Positions 38,211 to 58,783 of a stretch of DNA of 64,000 bases are shown here, piece by piece; within the stretch, counting starts at the first letter, position 1; each line of letters opens with the position of its first letter. Source of the stretch: the human T2T-CHM13v2.0 reference genome, Homo sapiens. Under the pieces are notes generated by a model. The model ran no database searches and was not told where the DNA came from. It worked only from the letters and a program-made list of their open reading frames with translations. The translations under genes and the position numbers were made by a program. Location of the stretch: NCBI RefSeq assembly GCF_009914755.1, contig NC_060936.1; one strand, given 5' to 3'.

Positions 38211-38837
38211 TCAGAGTGTCTACTGGGCTTAATTTTACTAAGGAAAATGAAAGAGTACGCCTATCTTTAGATAAACACTACCTGAAAAGGTATAAGGGTT
38301 CTTTTCTTTCTTTCTTTCTTTTTTTTTTTTTTTTTTTTTGAGACGCAGTCTCGCACTGTCGCCTAGGCTGGAGTGCAGCGGCGTGATCTCGGCTCACTGC
38401 AAGCTCTGCCTCCCAGGTTCACGCCATTCTCCTGCCTCAGCCTCTCCGAGTAGCTGGGACTACAGGTGCCCGCCACCACGCCCGGCTAATTTTTTTGTAT
38501 TTTTAGTAGAGACGGGGTTTCACTGTGGTCTCGATCTCCTAACCTCGTGATCCGCCCGCCTCGGCCTCCCAAAGTGCTGGGATTACAAGCGTGAGCCACC
38601 ACGCCTGGCCATTTTTGAGGCAGAGTCTCGCTCTGTCGCCCAGGCTGGAGTACAATGGCGTGATCTTGGCTCGCTGCAATCTCTGCCTCCCGGGTTCACG
38701 CCATTCTCCTGCCTCAGCCTCCTGAATAGCTGGGACTACAGGCGCCCGGCACCACGTCTGGCTAATTTTTTGTATTTTTAGTAGAGACGGGGTTTCACCA
38801 TGTTAGCCAGGATGGTCTCGATCTCCTGACCTCGTGA

Positions 38838-39220
<383 letters not shown>

Positions 39221-40205
39221 TGAAAACCATAATAACTAATGATAACAAAATAATCGCTACCATTTACTGAATTCCTACTATATGCCAGGCACTCACTGCC
39301 TTAGGCATGTTACATATGTTATTCATAATTCTCAAAATAGCTTGTCAAGATAGGTATTATTTTTCCAGTTTCCCAACTGAAGAAACTGAGGTTCAGCTAA
39401 GTAACAAAACCAAATCACATAGTGTTTACGCTGAAATTTCAACCCAATCCTATGAGACTCCAAGGCCTGTGTTCTTTTTACTAGGCCATGGTATCTCTTC
39501 AATAACTCTGTACATTTTAAGGTAGATAGCACTAGAATTTCAAAATGAAAAGAAAAACTTTAGAAGACTAAATATAACCCCTTCTCCCCAACAACGATCA
39601 TGGTATTCATTTATTAACAGATAAACTATAAGGGGCTAATGTATAAGAAGAAAATTCCAGGCAGAGAATCTATAACATTTATGTTTGTGTTTTGTTCTTT
39701 CCTGGAGAACTTATTTCTGGACACAATCCATTCCCTGACAGTGCCGACAGACTATTTGCCAGTTTCTACCATAACCTTTGTTGGTGAACTAAATGCCTGT
39801 AGTTTAAACAGAAGAGAACCAAGATTAACTTCTCCTGAATGTAATCCTGAAAAATAAAATATCTGGTGACTGGACAATTTCAACCTCCAAGAGTTTTAAC
39901 TAGTCCTTTCAACAGGAGATCAATTTACCCAAAGATAATTTATAAAACAGGATTAAACACTTAGGAGCTGTAAAGTTTGATCTTTAGGAAAGAAGGACAG
40001 TGTCAGTAACACTATCATCATCCTGCTTTTTGATGCCATCCCAGCAATTCAACTTCTAGATTAGGGTGTTTTTAAAAAAATATATACTATTATAGAAGAG
40101 ACAGACACCATAAAGAAAGGGGATAACAAGCTATTATGGAAGAGAGAGATATCAGAACAAAAGGGAACAGGACTATCCACAACTTTCCATGTAATTTCGA
40201 TGTTA

Positions 40206-40541
<336 letters not shown>

Positions 40542-41208
40542 CTATTGGTATTAACAGTTAGAATTTCATTATGCCCCAAACATACAGAAAATAGCAAAAT
40601 CATTGCTTAGGGAATATTTGAAACAGTTTAACCTTTGTCTTGCATGTAAAAAAAAAAAAAAAATACCCTTCTTTTACATGTCCATTAGCAAAATTAATGC
40701 TAGGGAGATGAAAATGTATGATAAAGCTGTCAAAGAGATACTTGTATGACTTATTACATTACTGATATAATAATTTTCAAGTAATTGCTGAGAAATTAAA
40801 TGTTCTTGGTAATAATTTTATTTTGTGAATATTTACTGACCATCTACAATCACATTTCTTTGAGTCTGAGATGTCATTGACTGTAAGGTGTACTACCGTT
40901 AAATATTCACCACGATTTTATAATATGTATAACAGAAAAAATGCTGCCAACTATAAGAGGCTGTTGCCTATAAAATACCTCCTACTTTAAAAAAGTTATT
41001 TCCTTGTTTTTGACAAAATTGTATATATTTAAGGTGTACAATGTGATGTTTTGATGTTCATATACATTGATTAATCACAATCTGTCCATCGCCTCATATA
41101 GTTACTATTTTTTTTTGTTGTAGGAACATTTAACATCATTTACTCTCTCAGCAATTTCAACTTTCAATGCATTTTACCATGTTGCTTCCTAGTGTTAAAG
41201 AGATGTTA

Positions 41209-41364
<156 letters not shown>

Positions 41365-41411
41365 TCACGCCTGTAATCCCAGCACTTTGGGAGGCCGAGG
41401 CGGGCAGATCA

Positions 41412-41872
<461 letters not shown>

Positions 41873-42421
41873 TTATCTGACTGCAGAGTCTATGCTCTTT
41901 AGCACAATTTGACACTATCACTTATCAATTTGCAGAAATAGCTGTCATAGAGGATTAGACAATTTGGGAGAAGGCTACTTTGTCCTTTAGTTCAGTAAAT
42001 CATTTTATAAAATGCAATCAAAGGCTGATACAGAGAGCATGTAGTTATACATATTTCAATTCATTTTTATAAGAAGGTAAAATCAGAAAGCACATATAAG
42101 GGGCTGTCTTAAGAGAGGAAGCACTAAGGTATCTCTTGGGGTCTGTACTTGTGTCCAATGTCAACTGCTGTTGACATTTTAGTCATTTACATGTACACGG
42201 TACAAAATCTGATGTGATGATGATCTTGAATCATCATAAAAGGGTATATGTAGTTTGTACAATTGAAGAAGATTGGAAAGGGAAGAATCCATGTCAAATT
42301 TCGGCAAGATTTTGGTAAGAAAAAAACTTGTTAAGAAAAAACTTGGTAAGAAAAAACTAGTTAAAAAATGGGTAGGCACTAACAGTAAAATTCAACACAA
42401 GTGGCACATTCTTTTAAAAGA

Positions 42422-42682
42422 TCGTAACTGAGGTGTTGCTATGATGGTCTCAGTGTTATAAGGAAAATTTTGGTTTATTTTTATAAAATATTACTTTTAT
42501 ATTTTAATATAATATAAAATTATGTTATAATTTTATAATATAAATTTATATATAAAATATAAATATATAAAATATAAAATATCTGTGTTATAAGTAAAAT
42601 ATAAAATAAGTAATATTTTATAAGAATAAACCACAATTTTACTTATAACACTGAGACCATTGTAGCAACTCCTCAGTTATGA
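42422..42682. repeat. Long inverted repeat: 75-bp arms around a ~111-bp AT-rich spacer
   Basis: Arms 42422-42496 and 42608-42682 are reverse complements at 68/75 positions (manual count). Confidence 0.92.
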
Positions 42683-43359
42683 CCCTAAAGGTACTATGAC
42701 CTCTAAAAGTAGCATAATTTTATATGGCCTAAAACATAAATTACAAAAAACAAAAAACAATCCTATATATGAATACAATTAACTGTTACTGAGCACTTGC
42801 TATATGCCAGGCACTATGCTAAATACTTTACCTAAGTTATCTTATTGAAGCCTGTAAATATCTATGATATATCCATTGTTATTTTTACTTAGATGAGAAA
42901 CTGAGGATTAGGGAAGTTAACAAAATGATCCATGATCACACAGTCAGAATCAATATGTTACACAGTCCCAGGAGGGATCATCTGCATCCCAGACTATGTG
43001 AATGCCTGATGGCATTATGTTACAGCCACACATGGTGGTCCTGCCAGCTAAGTGCTGGTAAAGCCAAGATTCACATCTAGGGTGTCTAATTCTAAAACTT
43101 ACTCCATACTGCTAACTCTATGCTATGCACAGAGTAGTTTTGTTCCCCCAAAGGAATATATATTTACTTCTAATTTTTGAAAAGTTCAATTATTCAATAT
43201 TTAAAATGTGTAAAATTTTGTAGAATATTATAACAGACACCTATCACTTAGATTTATTATAATCTTGTCATATTTGTTTCAGGTCCTTTTTCTTCTAAAA
43301 AAATAAGAAAGTAGATACAGCTCTATTTGCCTTCCTTTCTCCAGTGTTTACTGTTCTAG

Positions 43360-43752
<393 letters not shown>

Positions 43753-44305
43753 TCATAACTGGCATCAAACCATCCTTGTACTTTTGCAATTTTATTTGTT
43801 CACCAAATATTCAATGTTATGATTTTGAGATTTATCCATGATGATACATGTAGATCCAGTTCATTCTTAACTATGATACAGTATTCCATAATTTATACAT
43901 TCTCCTTTGGATAAGAATTTAGGCTAGTTCTACCTTTTCTGGCTACTATAAAAACAGTTGCACCCTTGTACACATTTTCCAGTGTGTATGCATACGGAGT
44001 TCTTCCTTCCTTGGCAGCTTCTCCAAATTTATTATTCGAGGACTTGAAATTCTTGCCAGTCTCATAAATGTGAAATTGTTTCAAATTGCATTTCTCTGAT
44101 TACTAATGAGGCTTAGTGTCTTCTGATGTTTGTTTTCCATTTAGGTTTCCTCTTCAATGAATTGCTTAATCATATTCCTTTTTATTTTTATTTGAGATAG
44201 GGTCTTACTCCCATCACCCAGACTACAGTGCAGTGGCGTGATCATGGCTCACTGCGGCCTTGACTTCCTGGGTTCAGGTGATTCTCCTACCTCAGCTTCA
44301 CTTAA

Positions 44306-44527
<222 letters not shown>

Positions 44528-44998
44528 TAATTTTAGTAGAGGTGGGGTTTCACCACGTTGGCCAGGCTGGTCTCAAACTCTTGACCTCAGGTGATCTGCC
44601 CACCTTGGCCGCCCAAAGTGCTGGGATTACAGGCATGAGCCACCGCATCTGGCCAGCTTTTTCTTTTTCAGAAAGAAATTGTAGGAGTTATTTATAAATT
44701 TTGGACCAATACTTTGTTGGTTAAATGTATTTCAACTACCTTCTCCTAGTCCATAGCTTGTCTTTTAATGTTTGTGCTTTACATGGTTTTATATTTTAAA
44801 GTAGTAAAAGTTATGATATTTATCATTATGTTTTAAAAAACATTGATTAGAAAAGGTCTTCATTATACTTGTAAAAGTATTTTAGAGTAATAATAATAAC
44901 ACTAGGCCGGGCCTGGTGGCTCACGCCTGTAATCCCAGCACTTTGGAAGGCTGAGGCGGGTGGATCACAAGGTCAGGAGATTGAGACCATCCTGGCTA

Positions 44999-45217
<219 letters not shown>

Positions 45218-45711
45218 TTATTACATGCCAGGCCATGTTCTAAGCATATAATAGATATTAATTAATCTTCATAACAACCCCACAAAGTGGGTACTATCAT
45301 TATTTCTATTTTACAGATGAGGAAACTGAGGCATTGGGGGGCTTCTTCTAAATGTTTAAAGTTTTACTTTTGGGCATTTAACCAATCTAAAATTTATTTT
45401 TGTGTATGACATAGCTAGGAATCCAGTTTTAGTTTTATCATATAATTAACACATTTCTCAGTATTATTTACCAAATGAGCCATCATTTCCCCATTGATCT
45501 GTAACGGCTTTTGTGTCTTATACCAAAATCTGACTCATACTAGAGTTTCCTAGTCTGTTCTACCGGATACTAGTCTTTCCCTGCAACAATACCATATGGA
45601 TTTAATTAATATGGTATGGATTCTGGGGCAGTGATTCTTCTGTTCAAATTCTATTTCTCCAAAGTTGTTTTAGCTAATTTTGGTCCTATGACTTCTGGGA
45701 TTACCCTGTGA

Positions 45712-45903
<192 letters not shown>

Positions 45904-46870
45904 TAGTAGAGACGGGGTTTCACCTTGTTAGCCAGGATGGTCTCGATCTCCTGACCTCGTGATCCGCCCGCCTCGGCCTCCCAAAGTGCCGAGATTATAG
46001 GCGTGAGCCACCACGCCCAGCCTACCTTGTGAACTTTTACGTAGTATTGTGGGAAGTTCGTTATAAGCCCTTTTTAAAACATGCAAATATTTCTGCTGAG
46101 TGGCCCCCAAAATCAGTATGAATAACTTTGATCAATTTCCTTTGGAGTGAAATAAACAGTAGTACCATATTATAACCTAAAAAAGAAATTCATCAACTCA
46201 ATATCCATCAATACAAGACCAGTTAAATAAACTATGGTATATCATGTAATGGAATAACATGATGCCATTAAAATGATGAAAAACATGTCTAAGTTAGTCA
46301 TAGAAAACAGATCTCCAAGATATTATTAAGTGAAAAACCAAAGTACAGAACCACATATATACGTTACCTTGGGTGTGAAAACGAATATAGGAAGTGTATA
46401 TTCATGTTTGTTTGTATATTTACCAAGAAGATCTGGAAGGACACACCAATTAATAAAGTGGTTCCCTGCGTGTGTTGGCAGGGGTGGTGTAGGAACTGTG
46501 TAGATAGGGCAGGGGTGGAAGAAGATCTTTCACTGTATGTCTTTTTATGTTTTCTGATTTACAAACCTTGTGATTCTGCTACCTAATTGAAAAAAATAAT
46601 ATTCAAATTTTCCTCCAGGAATTCTTTTTTTTTTTTAATTAATACTTCTTTAATGTAAAAAAAAAATCCAGATAAATTGTGCATCTTTATCATATGTTGT
46701 TTTGTCGGAAGGGGTCAATGAAACATTGGCAATGTAATATAAAGTATCCCAAGTTGGCCTAACATTTTAGGAAAAGAGAAGACCATAGTCTGTGAATCAA
46801 ACTAGAACTCAGAAATACTTATAGGATCAATTTGGAAACCTTAATAGAATTACATGAAATTAATATCTTA

Positions 46871-47284
<414 letters not shown>

Positions 47285-47299
47285 TTATGCTGTAGCTAG

Positions 47300-47475
47300 C
47301 ACATACTGGCTTTGGAAGGCCCATTGTGCACATCTTTCCCCATTTTCACATTTAGTGAATAGCATTGGCTATAGTAAGAGTATTTACATCATGGAAATTG
47401 GCAAAGCTACAAATCAAGGCCTTTTCCCCTCTCCACAAGAGATTGATTTGTTAAATTTACCAGTATACCACTGGA
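47300..47475. mobile_element. MER63-like DNA transposon fragment
   Basis: CATCATGGAAATTGGCAAAGCTACAAATCAAGG ... AAATTTACCAGTATACCACTG. Confidence 0.45.
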
Positions 47476-47825
47476 TAGAAGTAAGCTTAAGATATATTAA
47501 AGTTCAAAATATACAACCAAAGGAGAGATTCTGTGGCACTTTAGACAATGTTAGATAACTGTAACAATATTTGGGGAATAACTTAATGGCTGAAGTTTAT
47601 CTTATAACACAAAGTTTTCTTCACAGTTGTGCTCTACATGGGTCAAATACAGTTTTAGAGTCAGATCCCTGATAAGCTTTCTATTACTTTTTCAGATTTC
47701 CCTAATACAAGTTGGAGTATAAATTAAGGTAATGGGAACTCCCATAAAGGTAGGACATATATTATCATTCATAGTATGGAGAATGGATATTTTTCATATA
47801 TTACTATGTGCTATTTTGTATTTCA

Positions 47826-48710
<885 letters not shown>

Positions 48711-48922
48711 AAGAACATGAAAATGTAGCAGAGAGAAAGCAATCTGTGTTATGAGTATAAAAAAATCTAATAAATTCGCATTGCCTAGCACACATATACC
48801 AGTAACTCATTAAGTAATAGCCAGATGAATAACTCCTAATCATTATGATTCTTAAAAATACAATGAAAATTCATCTGCAAAATAGAATTTTAAAAAATAC
48901 AATGAAAACAAATAACTCTTTA

Positions 48923-49042
<120 letters not shown>

Positions 49043-49382
49043 TCAAGTTGGAGATTAAAAACAAAATTTCTCCAGGAAAGTGATTCAATGAAATAGCTGT
49101 TCTTAAGGGTATTCTGAAATTTTATCTGATATAGATATTATTTCCTTACACAAATAATTTTGAAAAACACTATTCAAAATATAATCTACTTGGTGATTTA
49201 CATGACACAGTATATTATTTTCAATAAAGACTGGCTCCACCCCTTACTATCAGTTTGATCTTAGGGAAGTTACTTAACCTATCTGTACATCAGTTTCTTC
49301 ATCTGTAAAATGGAGATAATTCTCATAGCAACTTTACAGAGATTTGTAAAGGATGAATATACATAAAGTACTTAAATAATTA

Positions 49383-50052
<670 letters not shown>

Positions 50053-50798
50053 ATACTAAAACCTACAAAAACCCTAGGTTGTAGTAATGGATGTTACTTT
50101 ACTTGTTTGTCCATAATGCATCTTCATTAGGAGGGCAGGGGCCCTATCTGTTTAATATGCTTTGAACAGAACTGTACTCTATTATGATGTGTAAGCAGTT
50201 GCTTAGTAAATGTTATTTGGTGATAGAAAAAAATTCAAAGACTAGCTGATTTTTTTTAGTAGACAAGTAATTTTGCAGAGATCTAAGTCATTCTGTAAGG
50301 CATAATGAAATTCCAACGTGTCTAGGAAAGGAAGGAAAATAATCTGGAAAAGAATAGGGTGAAAAACTCTGAGCCAGACTGACAAGCTAGGTAACCTATC
50401 AGAACTCAACAAAGACAAGAACTTGGATTTCTTTCACTGAAAGGTACCATCTCTGCTTGTTGGCTAGTCAGGGAAGGTGAAAGAAGCTGCCCTGTCCTTA
50501 CCTGGAGGCTTTGCCTCAAGAGAAAAGTTCAAAAGAAACTGCAAATGAAATCGAAAACCTGAACTTGGTCAGTGAATTGATAATCCTGCTCAGTTTACAC
50601 ACAGTGACACCAACCTTAACTACACAATTTAAAGTCATTGTAAATTTTATACAAAGCCAGAGTGTTTCTTTTTATGCCAGTGGGCTTTCTATCCTTCTCA
50701 AATGAAACCTCGTTTTGAGGCATATTGGTAAGACACTGTCACAAAACCAAGCCAAACCAGCACCATAGTTGAGTTCATGTATGCAGATTTTAAAACTA

Positions 50799-50984
<186 letters not shown>

Positions 50985-53338
50985 TTATGGAATAGGTCAG
51001 AGCATGCAATTAATAAGACAAAAAGTTTATTTAAACGAACAAACAAACAAACAAAACAAACCTTGCTCAGATAGCCAGAAGGAGATTTAGTAATTACTGC
51101 ATGTTGTAAGGGGGCCCAGATTCCTGGGTGTACTTGCAGGTAGGTCATACTAGTTACTTAAAGGTAGAGCTTTCTTCAGAGGGAGGGAATACAAATGAGA
51201 AAAAAGGCAGACATGGCGAACAAGAAAACCTATTCAGCTGCTACACTTACAAAGGCATATTCTTAAAGGCTAAATCCAGTTATCAATAGTATTCCCTGTG
51301 CTGAGAAAATTGGTGCCAATTTTAACTGCTTTTTCTGCTTTTCCAAATTATGTGACATTTTTGGAGCCTAAACAAACCTGCAATGATTCCGTATTGACCA
51401 CCTACCAATAAACCTCAACTACACACATACCTTTTCTTTCTTGCCTGTGACCCTTTCTCTCTGTCTTTAATTGTAACTGCAACTCTAAGGCATTTGAGGT
51501 ACATGTTATATAGAAGGTGATATTTTAAAAATAACTCTGTACAGTAAAAAGAAGACCCTGAAAGATCAAAACAAACAAGGATTAGGGGTTAGGAAATTAC
51601 ATTTCTATTGTATTACTACAAAGAATTGCACGTGGTTACTACTAAAGCTAATAGAGGTATTATATAGCAAAAAGTTTTAAAAATATAATTCAAAAAATTC
51701 ATTTTTCATTATGGTAATTTAGAATGAGAAGGTGTGGATGTACTCCTTATTCTTTTTAAAAAAGGCATGAGGTGTAATGAGCACTAGAAACCATGAATTG
51801 GAAGTTGATGGTCAGTGAAAAGATAAAACAGAGAAGATGAGGAAATTTATGTCAAGCTGAAAATGATAAGGTTCAAATGCTTCAAAATAACTTTTATAAA
51901 AACTTCCCTTGAAAATTCAGTTTCCTTCCTCATGGTGACATTAGGCATTGGCAGACAGAACTAAAAAAAAATGCATTATTTATTTTTCTTCACAACAGAA
52001 AAATATATTTTCTCTACTTATCTTTAGTTAGGAGATTGAATTGCCTTTAAAATCAAAACAATAAAAATCTGAGACACAGTATTTACTTTTAAATTAAAAA
52101 AACATTATTTATAAGTATTTTGACTCTTCAACAAATTATTTTACATACTAAAGAAGATAAAGCATAATACAGACTAAAACATTAAGTTAATGTGCAGATT
52201 AAGGTAATAATGGCACAAAAAACTGAACTGTAGCTTTAAATGAGAGCAGGCAAAATAATCACAAGCAAGTTGGCAGTAGTATTAACACCTTGGTACCAAA
52301 GACATATATTTACAAAAAGTTGTCAGATCCATAGACATTATGATAATTTTATTTAATCAGTATTTATTAACATGATTAGGTTCACTCTTTGTCCTTAATT
52401 CCCAGCAGGATTTCGGTCTGCCTATCTTTAGGAAGTTCTGCTTTTGTGGTACCAGTAAGTGGTCATGGCTACACTGGGGTGATTAAAACAGAAGCAAAAG
52501 AGGAACCATAACCCAATAGTTTCACTTCTTCCTAGTAAATGCCAGTTGTTTTCTTTCATTTGTGAGCCATCTCAGATTCTTCATACCTAATATTTCACTC
52601 CTCCTCCCCTCATTCATTAATGTAACTGTACTAAAAGTTCATTACTGAGAGAAGAAAAGATTGGTAACATGTTTCTCTAGAAGTTAATGGAGGGAGGGAG
52701 GTTGCAGGGAGGAGAGTGTGGTTGTGGTAGAGAAAATACAAGGCAGAGAAAAGTCCTAGAATAGGAGTCAAGAAACTTGAGTTTCAATCCTTAACATATT
52801 ACTTAAATTCTGTGAAACTCTGGGCAAGTTAAGTCTTTCTGAGCCCTGGTCTCTTCATATGCCAAAATACAGTAAAGATAATATCTTCCTAAGTATCTAT
52901 ATGAACTATAGAAATGAGAAATATTTTAAAGTTATAAAATAGCATATATTTATATAAGACTAGCTTGTTATTTGTAATAGGAAAGGGACAATAACTCTGC
53001 TAACAGATAAATATATGCAAGGAAGGTTAATTTTCTTTTCTTTTCTTCATGACACAGTATCTAAAGATTGGTGGGCCCTTTTTCAAATTTCCCTGCAACA
53101 TTTAGCCTGGAGAACAGTTACCTACTGAACAAAGATGATATAATTGTGGATACGTAGGAGAGAATAAGAGATAGAAGCTAAATTCTGGCAACTTTATCCT
53201 TTATATCCAGAAGCAGCAATCTATTTGCTTCCCATGAATGCTTAGGCAACCTAAAAATTGGAGCATGCACTAATTTTCAAGGTTCCTGGAATAGACAGTC
53301 CTGCAACTGAAAAGAAACATAACTGGTCTCTAATCTTA

Positions 53339-53470
<132 letters not shown>

Positions 53471-54493
53471 TCAGTTTCATTCCTCATTTTATTATTTTAT
53501 ACAGCTATACCAGACTGGGTTACATACTTTCTCACATGACAATTTGGGAACACATTCACCTAGATCTTCTATAGAAGATAATAAGTGATCAGACAACAGG
53601 AAACCCAAGTATATAAACACAAATGACCCTTCAAAACAAAAATAAAACAAAGAAAGCCTGATATTCCTTAAATGATGCATTGTTAATTTACTTATCAGTT
53701 GCAAGCCAAGCCACACTGATTCCAATTAACCAGGCCCAAATTAACCAGTCCCTTCCAACATTTCAATGTCTGGAGTGTTCTAGGTTACATTTTCCTCCTC
53801 TGCCACAAAGCCATCTTTAATTACCCCTTCAAACTACAGGTTTTCATTATTTGTGAAAGAAGCTAATAAGCAATTTCTATTCAGAGATCAACAGTGATTT
53901 AATTTTTTTTTTTTTTTTGAGACAGGGGTCTCACTCTGTTACCCAGGCTGGAGTGCAGTGTTTCAATCAAAGCTCACTGCAGCCTTGAATTCCTGGGCTC
54001 AAGTGATCCTCCTGTCTCAGACTCCTAAGTAGCTGGTATTATAGGTGTTAGCCTCTGTGCCTGGCTCAAGATATTTTTTTTAAAGTAAATTTTTAACACA
54101 GCCTCTGGTTATAGCAGCATCTGCAGAGAGGAATGGGGTCAGTCAAGATTTCTGAAAGGGTTTAACATCAATATAACGTGAGACTATCTACCTCTCTTTC
54201 ACATATACCCATGAATATGATGTTTTTGGCTACATGTACCATATCACATTAGCCAAACATTTTGGTAGTACCTGCCCTGGATGGGCCATGAACTAAAACA
54301 GCAGGAAGACTGCTAACATCACTCAGACACTTTCAGTGGCATTGAAGAGAGGAAGTGTGCATGGCTTATCCACACCACCCTAAAGCTCAAGCCATCATTC
54401 AATTAGACTGCCCAAACTACACTTTAGTATGGCGGTAGATAACATTCTGATCAAAGTAAAACAGAAAGGAGAGTTTAATTCCTTCTTTCTTAC

Positions 54494-54539
54494 CTTCTAA
54501 TAAATCAGAGGCTGAGCCTAAGCAATATTCCATCACCAA
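54494..54539 (-). CDS. TAOK3: TAOK3 coding exon (~exon 6, LVMEYCLGSASDLLE/V; hinge)
   Basis: 46 bp, atag| ... GAAG|gtaag; MEYC hinge motif. Confidence 0.95.
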
Positions 54540-55179
54540 CTATAAGAGATTAAAATAATATTCAGAATAATGAAAGTTAATTTAAAAACTGCTGAAACCA
54601 ACTAAACAACCAATCAAGGAACTAAGAATACTAGGTGAATAAATATTCTGATCTACCCGAACTTGGACTGAATTTTTGTCATCTGGCACTAATTGATTTT
54701 TATAATTTTCATCATCTCAGTTTTTATTATTTCTTGTTTGAAATTGGCCTAAAGATTATTGGGGGACTAGATATAGAAATATTCACTATAAATGGTGAAG
54801 CCAAGATTGCCAATTTATTTATTAACTCCTTCACTACTTTATTTCAAAAAGGATTCAGGTGACTATGTTGTACTATAAATTTGTAACTCAGAAAGTGGCA
54901 AACAAATACACGAGCCAGTAAAATCTATTTTGGGGTTATACCAGTTAAATAAAATAAACCAGTAAGTAGTAAATTCCTTTTTTTCACACTTTAAAAAGTT
55001 TTAAACAAGAAACAGATATTGTTTTGAACTGAATCTGAAGATGTAGCCTGCTATGTATCATTACATTACCTTGAATCCCTGAGATATATGTGTTATTTAC
55101 ATTTAGATCTTAAAATATTTCCAGAATAATATTATTATAATACTATTGATAGGCTAGGTGCAGCGGCTCACGCCTGTAA

Positions 55180-55791
<612 letters not shown>

Positions 55792-57082
55792 TAGTAGGGA
55801 CGGGGTTTCACCATGTTGGCCAGGCTGGTCTTGATCTCCTGACCTCGTGATCCACCCACCTAGGCCTCCCAAAGTCCTGGGATTACAGGCATAAGCCACT
55901 GCACCTGGCCCTTCTTATCCTAGATTTTTAGGTGCCCAAGACTACTGATTTGTAGTCAAGGTCAAAACTATCAGGGTTCAGCAACCAATCTCCACACACA
56001 CATGCAAGCATTCACACTCCTACAAATTATTGTTATTTAAAAGAATAGTAGATGCTCATTATGAAATATAAATTTCCTATAATAAACTAGACATAACCAA
56101 TATCAACATATTAGTTCCTTTCATTAAAAAAATTAATGTGAAAATATATTTATATTATGTACCTTGCATTACTGAGATAATTTAGAATATGTGATGTCTA
56201 GAAGTTTAAAATTTAGAAACTATTATACTTTTATAGTTATATATTATAAATATCAATATATATGAACATATTATAAATATAAGTATACTGTGTCTATATT
56301 ATATAGAATGCAATTAAATTAGATATAACATACTTATAATACTATTTATATATTACATATGATTATGTCTTATATTTTATAGTTTTACAGTTATATATTT
56401 ATATAGTATGTACCTTGCATTTCTGGAATAATTTAGAACAATGAGAGGTTTAGAAGTTTAAAATTTAGAAACCATACTATAGTTTTCTGCTTGACATTAA
56501 AAACAAACAGATTCAGAAACATTAATCTTATTTCTTATTATAAAATGGAAGATTCTACATGAGTAAATGTTATAATGAACACTAGCCTTTATGTGCCCTA
56601 CTTTTTCTTTAATCAATTTTGATGAAAGCATTTCTAAATTTTATTACATAATTTTCTAATTTTTAAAAGTAACTGAATATGCATACATAACCTCCTTAAA
56701 CCAAGCATATGAAATGTGAATATAGAACTTTAAAACTGAATAGAATGAATATGTTTCTAGCTGCATTAAATGTTTTAAATTACATGTTTAAAAACTCAGC
56801 ATTTTTGTCACAAATATTTTTTCCCCTATTATTCTATAACACAAAGGCACCTGAGATGGTTGTTTGCTCCTGACACTAAACAGCTCTGGCTGCTCTGCCT
56901 TTAAATGATTAGCTCTGCCTTCTAGCTCCCCTGACTTTTTCCGTATGGTTAAATTATTCTTGTGCCTGTTTGTATGCATGTATCTAACAGCTCAGTTCCT
57001 TAGAGCTCTTTCTGATTGGTCTATCAAACCAGTTGTAGACAGAAACCAGGTAGCCATGCTTATTAGCAGTCTATATAATCTA

Positions 57083-57432
<350 letters not shown>

Positions 57433-57786
57433 TTAGCACTTGGATTTTGTAACATTTATTCTGCCTGCTTGAAATCCCTTTCTTGACTCCTTCAAGACAG
57501 CTGAGATTGCCAGAGAACTGATTTCTAGACAATGAGATATGTCTTTGATTAATTTCTTATTTTCAGAATGGAAGCAATAGCTCTACATAAAAGTTCCTTG
57601 AACAGAAATATGTATGTTTAGTATACTGTTTGATAGTCTATTTAAGAACAAAATTCCATTCCCTAATTAGAGATCACATACAGGAAAGGAGTTGGTACAT
57701 GGTAAACAATAAATGCTAGTTAAATTGGAGTTTAAGTAGGAATGTGCAATTTGAAAAAGTAGAAAGCATAACATTTTCACATCCTA

Positions 57787-58017
<231 letters not shown>

Positions 58018-58681
58018 TCAGGAGGCTGAGGTTCAAGAATCACTTGAACCCAGGAGGCAGAGGTTGTAGTCAGCTGAGATCGCACCACTGCACTCCAGCC
58101 TGGGCAACAAGAGTGAATCTGTCTCCAAACAAACAAACAAACAAACAAAATATATATATATATATGAGTGTGTGTGTGTCTGTGTGTGTGTGCATGTGTA
58201 TATATATTTATATATATATATCACAATAAGATGACAGAGTGGAACAAAAGTCTCTTATTTTAATCATATGGTGGCCCCTGTTTGGTAAAAATCACATAGC
58301 AATTAAAACATCAAGAACAATTCCAAATATGGGGGGAACTGGAGTGGAGGATGAGAAATGACAAAGATAAAAATTCTAGGATGAGAATATAAGGCTGTGC
58401 CTTTTACTTTTACAAACAAATAATTATAAAATGATGTCAACTTTTCACCATCTCTTTCTGAGTGTTTATAGAATGGAATTTCTAATAGGCTAGATATCAT
58501 TTAATCTTACAGAATATATACCAAGTGACACACCAAAGTATTAACAAATGTTAAATACTGATAACAAAAGTTAAATGGAACAGAAATGAAATTAGTAATT
58601 TTACAGATCAAATAGATAAAAGAAAAAAAAGAAAAAGAAAAAAATGTAATAGTAAAAGATAATAGAGGTCCTTCGACTTAC

Positions 58682-58783
58682 CCAAGCAGTGTGTTCTTTC
58701 AAGTAACAGCCTTTGTACTCAATAGTATTAGGATGCTTCAATTGTCGTAAAAATTTAACTTCCTTAAGAATATCTTGCCATTT
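58682..58783 (-). CDS. TAOK3: TAOK3 coding exon (~exon 5, [34 protein letters not shown]; alphaC helix)
   Basis: 102 bp, aatag| ... TGG|gtaag, phase 0-0, in frame with neighbours. Confidence 0.96.
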
